DNA of 63,283 nt, the filler included, from Bigelowiella natans CCMP2755 (Eukaryota; Protista; Cercozoa): NCBI GenBank assembly GCA_000320545.1. It is 4 parts of 4 records of this genome, joined end to end, with 100 filler letters (N's around TTAATTAATTAA, not from the genome) between each part and the next. Parts side by side here need not be neighbours in the genome. Positions count along the whole stretch, not along the records: positions 49,859 to 63,283 come from ADNK01001555.1; 3 more parts are not named here. One strand, 5' to 3'. Shown one piece after another: positions 52,763 through 63,283 of the stretch. Position numbers and translations under genes: made by a program. The notes under the pieces were generated by a model that searched no databases, was not told the origin of the DNA, and saw only the letters and a program-made list of their open reading frames with translations. Positions within the stretch are counted from its first letter, which is position 1. Every line of letters starts with the position of its first letter.

Positions 52763-52806
52763 GTTCGAATTCCTCTCCCTCAAAAAGCTGTGAGAATCTA
52801 GGCCCT

Positions 52807-53387
52807 ATGTCTAAAAGTTCGGAAAGATTGGACCGCAAGACCTCAGACAGTCCTCCAAAGCTGGCCATGACGAGGAGCATATTGAAGATGTATATAAAAA
52901 TTAGTTGTTTCTATATTATTTCCCCGTTCGACATTTATTTTGGTGGATCCCAGAGTCTATGCATGCTAGAGAAAGGGTGGCTCATAGTGTTCGTGTTCAT
53001 AGCCGATACTTGACACTTAAGGTGGACTCATCTCTTTGAATCGTTCTCTATCAGAGGAAGAAATGATAAACGCTCGCCTCCGTCCTCACCGACGCATAAA
53101 AAAAAACTATCGTTCGCTGATGAACACGGCAAGGTATTTCGATCTTTGGTTTTCATGGTTTTTAAATATCTATTTCTATCGTTAATTTGAGTCTTGCTCG
53201 AATCCCCCCCCCCCCCCTATCCCCCTTTTCTCCCCGCCACACGTTGCTGCTATTTCAGCCGATGGAAGAAATAAGGTTTATCCCTCGATTTACTCACGTG
53301 CCCGAAGACATTTACGGAAACGATGATCTATATGACGACGGAATACAAATTGATCCGGTGCGCTCAGCGTGCTGCAGCACCATGTGA
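52807..53387 (+). CDS. Small (~95-100 aa) 3-exon putative PP1-targeting protein with CaaX-like end
   Basis: In-phase GT-AG splicing gives ...MTRSILKI|GRNDKRSPPSSPTHKKKLSFADEHGK|PMEEIRFI...VRSACCSTM*. Confidence 0.6.
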
Positions 53388-54925
53388 CCGCACATGTTGC
53401 CTGTACTTAATGAACACATCACTTTTAGAAAACACAGATTTCCTCCTCTGGAATCGCTCGTGGGATATTCGTTTCAACTTTTTGCTTCCCTGCCCTAGCC
53501 AATTCAAGGAGGACTAAACCCGTAAATTTATTCGGAGAAGTATTTGCGGGCGAATAGTCTGTACCAAGCTCCAGACTATACGTTGTCCTTTGAAATACCA
53601 AATCAAGAGCTGCTGTAAAAATTGTTAAACTGTAGTCGCGACAGCAATATGTTCCGACACCTTTCGTTCGAACTAACATCGTGAGATCGATAGATTTTGT
53701 CATTCCTGCCGGTCGTTTTTGATGGCATTTGCACATGACACACGGCAGTCTCGGCTGTAGATATCGATGGCAGTTCTAGCTACACGCTAGGCTTTATATG
53801 TTTGCACGACGCATATATATTATACTAAGCTAACCCTGCATGCTATATATACCGCCTGCGCCGCCGCCATGCCGCCAGAGTTCCATGTACGCATATCATA
53901 TCTATGAACGTACACACTACTTGCAAAGAACACCAGTAGAGTGCATCGCACTTACTTGTGTCATCCATGTGATGACGACAGCCTTTTCACTGAATAAATG
54001 TGGGGGTGAACTCGTGTGTAGGCACTTCGAACTCATTTATGTTAGGTCGGTCGGTGTGCCCAGACGCGCTATAGCTAGCCATGCTAGCTAGCTAGCATGT
54101 GTGCGCATGAATGCATGAATGATTGCACATACAAGGCATGTGACACGAGAAAATAAACAGATCCAACTTCAAGCGCTGCAGACGCGGTTCTGCACAGCTA
54201 CATTTAGGATGATCAGAATTTAAAAAAATAATCATTTCAATACGATACATCCGTTTCATGAATGATTGCGTGTTGCAGTGCGTGCGCATGACAAAAGATA
54301 CGCACATGACTTCTATAGATCATTCAAAACGTGTATTAGCACAGTTGCTTATATTGCGAGCATGCACATGCCGTTAAACATCTTGTCATGTACGTCTTTA
54401 CAGGTTAAGCTGATGGCCGCGGCCGATCACAGCTTGTGCCCGCGCAGTGCTGTCGTACGTGTACGTAGCATCTAGCGCCATACATCGCATATCGTCATAT
54501 AATGCACCACGCTACGACTGCGATGCGTGGCGCTACGTACGCTGTATAGCCGGTTGCACTACGACCAATTTAGAACCATGCTATTATGATAGATATAGTG
54601 TATTGCTGTGTCTATTATTATTATACTGTGGTGCGTGCACACTGCTGCTGTCCGTGGCGCATATTGGCCTACATCCACAGACTCATTATAGTATTTTATT
54701 AGGGTTGCAATGATTCATAGCGCTGCTTTGACATCCTTTGCGCTTCACGCATGGTGTGAGTTGGCACAGTCACGGTACCTACGTACACGTAAGATGGGGG
54801 GAAGATATACACGACTATGTCTATAAAATACGCATAGCATTTTTCACTTATTTGGAGAAATACTCAGCGAACCAACGGATTAGTGCTATCGGTCGGTACG
54901 AGGACATTGGGCAAAGTTCAGCCAA

Positions 54926-57428
54926 CTAAGAAGGTGGGCTTTCGTTCTCTCGCGGATGACTAGGTGCAGCGACGTACAGTACATTCCCTGCCAACGAACG
55001 TAGGAGAGGAGAAGGAAAAACTACAAATCTGGTATGTCGACTAACAATGAAGCGAGTTCTAACACGCTGCGCATGATCAATTGCGTGCTTCCGTTTCCGA
55101 TGATGCCTTGGAGCGATTTAGATGGTAGATGCTCTCGTACATTGCAGACGCTACATGTTGATGGCGTCCGGCGGCTCTGGCTTTCCTCACCCCGTCTTAC
55201 GATAGGCCGCGAGCGAGAGTAGAGTATTCCATATCAACCCAATAAAATTCGAGAAAAGTACCTGCAATTAGCACGTAACGAAGGCGTTTCAAATAATGTT
55301 AATGCGTCATAGATGCAAACACAAGATCGAATATGAGCTGAAACAATTTATGAAAAGAAGTGAAACGCTGCTGCTTCTAGGGAATCGCATGACCTGTAAG
55401 TGGACAGGCACCAGAGTGAAGTTAATGACTTGTGCGCTGGGCCAGAGCTTCCAATTTTTAATCATCGTCTGAACGTACTCACGCTTCAATGTTGGCCAGA
55501 TTTGTCTAAGGGTTCATCACATCACAAAAAAACAAAATTGGGATATTATTTGCGAGTTCCTTTGAATCGAGTCATCCAACTTGCCCTAGAGTGTGGCACA
55601 TGTTTGAGAGCGATTCGTTTCTTTCAGAGATAATGCCCCGAAAAATATGGCGCATTAACTAACTGGATATATGAGACTTCGGTCCCTCCCTACCCCATTC
55701 TCAGCGCGTGTTCTTGCGTGAAAGAGAGAAAGAATAAAATAGAGGGGAGGGGGGAATAGAGAAGAATTTTGGTTAAATTTGTTCGAACGTACTCACCGGA
55801 TGTGATCCAATTCTAGCTTGGAGAGTGCCGTTGCAACCCCATTAACGACGAAGAACATTGCAATGGCGAAAGGCGAAAAGACAAGCTGGTCGAGGTGTCG
55901 CATGAGGAAGAGAAGGGAATGAGATATCAAAACACTCGCAGTGATGACGATGGGTGAAAGAGGAAGATCACAAAACGAGCAAGGTTTGACGTCTTTGACA
56001 GATGTAATAATACTAATGCTCTTATTGAAACCGCCCTCTCCCGTATGAAATTTCAAAGTATTTATGTGGGGATGTAGCATCGCAAGCTGGTACTTGGGGG
56101 AACTTTCTAACGAGCATATTAGAGAACAAATAATCACGATATGTTGGGTACCTGATCTGCGACGAGAAGGGAGAGGACGAGGGCAAATTTGGCGTTTATA
56201 GCTGCAGGAAGGCTAGCGAGCATATTCCCCCCTATAGAATCAGGCGAGAAAAATGCGTGCATGATGTTGTACCTATATATTTGATATATGCAAAAAATAA
56301 AGGGGGAGGGGGAGTCAGTACATGCATATATCTGGGAATCAAGCTTCTCCATCCTTTGGATAAAGATAGTAAATAAGTCGTACAATACGCAGATGCCTGC
56401 ATGCACACGCTGTTCAGTGTGTGTGCAATGTGTACGGCAGCAATCGGTCACAGGAGGATAAGTATAAAGTCGATACCAGGCGTGGAGAAGAGGAGCCGTA
56501 AATAGAAAGCCAATACAAGCCATAACCGTCCCACGGCGTAGATCATAAACGAACTGTGGTAAAACAAAAACGCCGAGAAGATGTAAGTTGATGCTTTTTG
56601 AATGAAAAGTGGGGAGAGGAAGGACGTCGAAAATTGGAAAACTACATCACGCACACGCATGGCCACACCTTCTTCCCCCCGCTATCATTCTTCGCTCGGT
56701 TTTCTATGTTTTGTGCTAGCACGTCTCCCCCCGCCGTCATCAGCCCATTTGTCGCCATCTGCATCATACGATCAGAGCAATGCGCGGGAACAAACAACAA
56801 TATAGCGATTAGAATGGCATTGAAGCCGATATATATTGGAAGAGAGAATATATACAGAGCCAATTGTGTGGTAGCTAAGAGGTTTTACAAGCAACCTCAC
56901 CTCAACTGACATGCGAAAACCAACATTTTCCCCCTTTCTTAATTTGTTGTTGTTCTCCTTTATCTTCGGTTTTCTTCTTCGCAGCAAAGCATGCAGCACA
57001 GCATGGACCTTGGTTGTGAGCGGGTTCGTGGATAGATACTGAAGATACACCTCCCACATGCTCATAAATGCTGCAGGCATCATTGCCTGCGAAGCTACGA
57101 ATCGAGGGGGGGACCGCGACGAGGAAATAGATCTTCGTCCTCTTTCTTTGCTGAAAGGGATCATCCTAGCCAGTTTTCCATTCATTTGCTGCAGGGGTGT
57201 TGGTGTGTTAGAAGAGCATTTGCTGGACTTCGCTCCTTGCGTAGTGCACGGGCGTCTGCTTTCTTGAAGCATGTTCGACATTATGCCGTGCTTATTTCGG
57301 TCAACCCGTGGGTATTTGCGCTCAAGGGCAAATCTAGGTGAGGATAGGGTAGTAGTGGCAGCGCAGGAGCACACGGGTAGTAGCAAGAGGAGGAACAACC
57401 CAGCCATCGAGGTGACATTGGACGCCAT
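54926..57428 (-). CDS. Mpv17/PMP22 family membrane protein with signal peptide and transit-like presequence (multi-exon)
   Basis: YLQYLSTNPLTTK, MATNGLMTAGGDVLAQ, GFLFTAPLLHAWY, LVFSPFAIAMFF, NWKLWPSAQVINFTLVPVHLQVLFSNFIGLIWN. Confidence 0.88.
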
Positions 57429-58263
57429 CAGTATCGAAGAAGATGGAGGGATCGACCTCAATGGTGATGAAGTCGTGTATGAAGACGATAACAGGTTACC
57501 CTTTCTCAGAACAAAGCTATTCTCTTTCTTCCTCCTGTATGGATGGGTGGTGTAAGTAAACAATCGATATATTACAGTGGGAAGGCGAAAACTGCGTCGG
57601 CCAAGAAACTCGTAATTCCATTGTAAAAAGCAAACACGCACGAAAAGTGTAATTCAGCATAGAAACCCGCACGTCAGCTTTGCTAGTTAAGTAGAGTAGA
57701 AAATACTAAAATATATTTGACGGACTAACCCATCGTGCTACCCTAGAATATCTACGCTGTCAAAATTATCTCTCCAAAATTGTTCCGAAAACATCAGGGG
57801 GGTGAAGCGAAGCAGACAGGGGGGGGGGGGGGGCACCTCTTGCGTTGACCTCAGAAAGAATTTCCCGAGAATTTCTGTCAGCGAAAATCCTTTCGTTTCG
57901 CCTATTGCGACATGGATTTCATGGCTAATTCCCGTTAAAACGACATGTGATTGGCAAGAGTAACGCAGATGCTCTAACGCAAAGTTGGTTTCAATGCCGA
58001 GTGAGTGAGTACCCGAGATTAAGCGTAATCCCGGGGTCCACATCGAAAGGCATTTGGGACTAGGATGTTTCTAGGAGAAATCAGAGCAGAAATGCGCTGC
58101 GGGATTCTGGGGAATGCAAGGCATTTCGTATCGAATTCGGGAAGAGCTTTATCGGTTTTAGGAAGATTTTCGTCGCGTAAACATCGACGCCGTGTTGTCG
58201 AAACCGAACTTCCTGCGAGACTGCCCCCGCCATGGCCAACGCACGCCCCCCAGGTTCTGAAAA

Positions 58264-58587
58264 ATGCCTCAGGCTGTTGAAGCAGGACGCAAAGATTATG
58301 GAAGGGTAAGTGTACAGCTACTGTTTCTTAATCACTTGATTTTTGGAACTGCTCTGGATTTCTCATACTCATTTCTCACCTTTCAATATTCGCAACAAGG
58401 TGCAACGTCGTCAAGGCCTCGCGATTCGGTACGTTGCTTGCAGATGCTCCGGTTTAATGGTGCCTGATGCTTCTTATCTTTGCCTGTGATCATCTTCCTT
58501 CAGGGCTAGATGGAAAATTATCTAAAGATAAGATCTTCGTTGTGGTCCCTAATATATGAGAGAGAGAGAGAGAGAAAGAGAGAGCAC

Positions 58588-58627
<40 letters not shown>

Positions 58628-60594
58628 GAGAGAGACAGAGAGAAATAGCGACAGAACTCCGCGAAGAGAAATGGCTTCTCACTTCTCTTCGATTGTTTAA
58701 TCGTCCAGGTACGAACAAAAGCAGATGCTCAGCGTCTTCCCAGAGTATATCCTGCAGGAAATGGGTGTGTACGTGTGCTATGTTTTTGAATGCCGCCGTG
58801 AGCAGCAATGTCCTCTCTATTGATGCAAATAGTATGCATAATAAAAGTACACGCTCGAACCCATATCCTAGTCTCGCTGTGGTTCCCAACCGCCTTCCTA
58901 ACCACCATCTTGTAGGAAAGAAATCGTTCCAATTCTAGAGTCCCAGGCTGATGCGGCATCAACTCAGAAGAAGGGGGAGGACGTAGTTGTTGTAAGCGGA
59001 AGAGTCAAGCCCAAAATCACGAGCGATCTGTCCCAGACCCGTGCTTCGAATAAAGTCGCCAGCTACACACACATACACATACGCACGCACACACAAACAC
59101 ACACAAACACACACCGATGTCAATGATCGATTGTCCACGAAATCAATACATATGCTAGGTATGTTTACTATATACACTGATACATATTTATACTCTGTAC
59201 TTCCCACTCGTCAGGTTCGCATGATAAGCGGAACGAAACGGAGCGATGGGACAGTGCGAAAGGTGAATGCATCTAACCGAGATTGAAGGAGTTTCATAAC
59301 AAAACCAACAAAAACCTACTCCCTCTGTTCCGTGGCATGGAGTCATAACCGGTATCTGGGGGGGAGGGGGGGTGGGGGGATGGAACATCCCTACCTACAT
59401 GCCTAGTCGGGTTTTCGAGCCATAAAAATATGTTGGAGAATCAATATGGATGCACGCATGAGAGAAAGAATGAAAGAGATGCCTTCTCTTGACATTGCTG
59501 TGAGTGCTTGAAGATCTGATGGCTGAAAATGCGTTCGCAAAATCGGTCTTGTCATCGCTCAGGGAGTAAAAATCCGTGCCGGTTTCCGCAGCGAAGAGCT
59601 CGATGTGGCCACCTACATGTCCAAGGAGGCGTACGCGACAGCTGAATGGCGGAGGAAGGGCGAGAATTACGTTCCGGGGCTCGGAAAAGTAGTGACAAAG
59701 AGCAAGAAGGAGCTCCAGGCGGAAAAACGGTGTGCGAGCGCCGTTGTGCGTGGGCGCGTTTGCATGCGTACGTGCTTTTTCGGTGTGTGTTTATGTGTGG
59801 CCAACGGACGTTGCTAGATCGTGCATTGGGAACAGCCGCAAAAAAAGGCAAAGACCGCGCGTTTGATCGTTTTTCCTTCTCTCATATTGCTACAGAGCGG
59901 AGAAGAGGCGGCAGCAACGTGCGAGGAAGAAGGCCGAAAAAGTCGCTGCGGAGACATCGTCTAAATCCAGCCCCCACTCCCCCTCCAAAGAAGCCAAAGA
60001 TAACACGCCTCCCGCAAAGAGGGAGACCGCTGATGATCCTGCGACCGCTGCGAAGAAGCGGCTCAGAGCTGTTAATAAGGTGGGGAACGTGTAGCAGTCT
60101 TTTTTATGCAGAATATCGGTTTTCTTCTTCTTCTTGTTGTTGTTTGAGGCACTGAGAATGCTATTGAATCGTTTATACTGATAGTAATGGGTGCCAGTAA
60201 AATGTCTGCCTTGTCTGCCTCGTTGTGATGAAGTGCAGTAAACATTGTCCTCGTGGGTGTCACAACTGAACCCTCGCTCTCTGCCTACCTCATGTAGAAA
60301 CTAAGGCAGATCGAAGCCATAAAGAAGAAGCAAAGCGAGGGCTTGGAACTTGACGACGGGCAAAAGGCAAAGGTTATTCTCCCGACACGCGTTGCGATAA
60401 ATGAACGAGAAAGACGGCTGGGGGGTGGGAAATAGTGAGACAATGCAAAACGATATACGTCCGTGTACATGTGCACTCGCATTGCTCTGTTGTTTATTTT
60501 TTGCCCTTGCCTGCCTGGGTTCATTTGTCAGCTGGCCGGTGAGGGAACGTTGCTAGCGGAGCTCGAAAAACTCAAGATTCACGCCCAAAGCTGA
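58264..60594 (+). CDS. PYM1: Partner of Y14 and Mago (PYM/WIBG) homolog (multi-exon; start uncertain)
   Basis: MISGTKRSDGTVRK|GVKIRAGF..EELDVATY (Mago-binding domain) and KKRLRAVNK|KLRQIEAIKKKQSEGLELDDGQKAK|L C-terminal domain; TGA at 60594. Confidence 0.8.
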
Positions 60595-61570
60595 TCTCTG
60601 TTTGGTATTAGTAGTGGGAAAGTAGAGTGAGTACATAGTGCGAAGGATATCCGATAGGTGAGCGTGAGGCCATGCACGCATTGCAACAAAACGATTATGC
60701 TCGTGTGTGGGGCTGAATGTAATACATCATCGCCCCATGCTGCATGTGCTAGGTGTGCATGTGCATCTCTAAGACAAGAAATCAAACTCACAATTCTATA
60801 GTACACGTGATGCATATGCTAGCTAGCATGCCGACATACATAGTGCATAGCTAGATAGCCTATATCAATGAGCATCGATCATTAGCAACACGACTGCATT
60901 GTCGATCATTCTTAGTCTTTATTTGCAATCATGCAGGTGCGGTTGTCGCATGCAGCAGTCGTAAAGCCAACAAGTAGTATGCACCGCATGTACGCTGTGT
61001 AGCACAACCTAGCTAGCTAGCTAGTATGACATTAGATGGCAACGTTGCCGCGCGTCACCTAGGTCACTAGCACGTCTAATGTCACATGCACTATAATGCA
61101 GATTATTAGCGTAGCATGCTATGCCTAGCAGATAGCACAACTAAGATGCATGAATGAAGTGATTAAGCCTTTTTAATTATCGCTCTAAAATAATGATGCA
61201 TTATAGCTCTATGCTACTACGGCTGAATCGCTTATGTGCGACTCTGCTAGTTTTTCGATCACCGTGCTGTTGCGTATATCGGCTAGCTTCATCCAGTTCG
61301 CACATCTAGACATGTAAAAACGCAGTGTTACGTTGCTGCGCACATGCAAACATGTACATTCCCGCGTTCACGTACAATAATGTACGCCTAATAACTAGCT
61401 AGCTAGCATTCACGTCCATATTTGCCGTGCATGCACCTTGCTGGCGAGGAACACTCGCATCTTTTTTAGATATCATTATGTGCGCAGGAGGCATGCTGCA
61501 TGCTAGCATGTAGTGGGCCAACGCGCAGATCTGGCGATGCAAAGCTGCTCGCTTGCTAGCTTGCCTGTAT

Positions 61571-61611
<41 letters not shown>

Positions 61612-61663
61612 ATGATGCTGGCGCATGTCGATCAAAGGAAGTGTGAAAATGCTCATGCTACTT

Positions 61664-61864
61664 TTTCTACGACGACTTGTCCGCCTCGCCCTCCTTCGCA
61701 AACGTCAACGATGGCACGCTGCTGAAGTTGCGAATACCCATCTTCTCCTCGACTGACTTTAAGTCCTTTGGTAGATGGGAAAATGGAAGATAAGCAACAC
61801 TGTGTTGATGTTCTGTGTTTTATATGTTTATATCATATAATATGAATAAAATACAAACACAAAA

Positions 61865-61940
<76 letters not shown>

Positions 61941-62591
61941 AACATATTGATAAATATAATATGCATATTACACTTAATAAACAGAGACGATAGCAACCTC
62001 ATTTGTCAGCAAAGTCCAACCTGCAGATTCTGGCACTTCGATCTGAAAAATCGCCACCACACACACGCACACACGATTGTGAGCGGCCTCTACTACTCTT
62101 TTGCACTAGTGCTGCTGCTACTTCTGCTACTGCGGACGAGCACAGTACCCCTTCATGCTCGATTTGTAGTTGTAAGTCTTGGATGTCATCTTTGGATTGC
62201 ACCTCCAGGAGCTGATTGAGGGAAAAACCTGCTACCTGCAAACACACCATTCATTAACAAATTAATGGATTATGAGCACACATATCTTTACCAGGCCTAA
62301 ATAATAGCATCGTTACTTCATTAACCGATGTCCCCCCCCCTCCGCCCCCCCCCCGCCCCCCCTCTTCCCTCTCTCCTTCCCTGCCATTCCATTCCATGCC
62401 CCCCCCTTTTTTTTGTCCAGATTCACCACCAACCTCTTCTGATGCTTCTACAACGCCGCTAGTCATGAGAAAGTCAACTCTGCCTCACCAGCAACGCACG
62501 ACAACACCGAAACACACGAATCATACAAACATGGCCTGGTATGGGGAAACCCAGATAGAACTTGCAGCGACTCTCGTGCTCGATATGTAAG

Positions 62592-62624
<33 letters not shown>

Positions 62625-63283
62625 GTATGTATGTATGTATTTGCGCGTGTGCAAGTGTGCAAGTGTGTATATGTATGTATGTATGTATTTTGCGCGTGTG
62701 CCAAGTGCGTGTGAGTGTTCGATCTGGCTTCTTCATGCGCTAACTGACTTTTGCCGCCATCTAACGAGATATTCCGCGTACTCCTCCTTTCCAGCCACTG
62801 ATGGAGAAACAGCGAGGTTAAATGATGCCAGAAGTTTCGTCGTCCGGAGAAGGCTGACAACAACAACCAAACAACAACAACAACAACGACGACGACGACG
62901 ACGACGACGACGACTCACTTGTTCTTAGCTCTGAGGATAAGCCCTCTGCTTCGGTCTGCGATCGTCGCACGAACCGAATCTACGCATCGAACATACACTC
63001 GCGATCAACGGAGGCAAAGATGATGCGAAGATGATTTGATAGGGCAAGCTGGGGAGGTGTGCCGACCGAGGGTAGTGACGGTGACGACGACGACGACGAT
63101 GATGATGATAATGATGATTGATGATTGATGATTGATGATTGATGATTGATGATGATGATTATTGTATCTTTTATAGCAGTAAGGCTCTTTAAGCAACACA
63201 CCCATTGGAGGTCGAAGACAAATTCCTGCGCCTTTATGCTTTGCGTGTCCTCCCCCCACGGAATTGCATCTGGGGATAGGGAA
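61664..63283 (-). CDS. 3' part of a multi-exon hypothetical protein
   Basis: Spliceable segments such as VAGFSLNQLLEVQSKDDIQDLQLQIEHEG and DLKSVEEKMGIRNFSSVPSLTFAKEGEADKSS*, with microsatellite-filled introns. Confidence 0.4.

Noticed and set aside
63105-63155. Tandem GATGATT heptamer as a CRISPR-like or coding repeat
   Set aside because: No spacers; it is a simple microsatellite derivative of the adjacent (GAT)n.
598-63259. Many ORF-track entries with ERERER, YIYIYI, THTHTH, SLSLSL or poly-G/P/E runs
   Set aside because: These are translations of intronic or intergenic microsatellites, or antisense shadows of real exons.

Overview
Intron-rich eukaryotic nuclear DNA from a protist. A signal-plus-transit-like presequence and virophage genes fit a chlorarachniophyte such as Bigelowiella, but that is inference. 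The window is four contigs joined by three artificial 100-nt spacers (N44-TTAATTAATTAA-N44). Host genes read manually through GT-AG introns: coiled-coil protein (partial), SF1/BBP, TTLL9-like glutamylase, a hypothetical gene, MFSD1-like transporter, degenerate DEAD-box C-terminal fragment, helical-repeat + METTL21-type methyltransferase fusion, cytochrome b5, FOXRED2-like oxidoreductase, CCX/NCLX exchanger (partial), small SILK/RVxF/CaaX protein, Mpv17/PMP22, PYM, and another partial gene. Highlights: (1) a 5-kb AT-rich, intronless virophage morphogenesis module (44691-49758) with protease, lipase, a frameshifted core-like protein, penton and MCP, where TCT[A/C] lies exactly 13 nt before 5 of the 6 ATGs; (2) a Ty3/gypsy retrotransposon whose integrase ends in a degenerate DIRS-type adenine-methyltransferase-like domain, plus an apparently identical solo LTR, the two LTRs bracketing a host gene; (3) GCTAGC/GCATGC/TGCA-rich tracts that consistently follow host gene 3' ends. 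Exon boundaries and family calls are by-eye readings, not database results.
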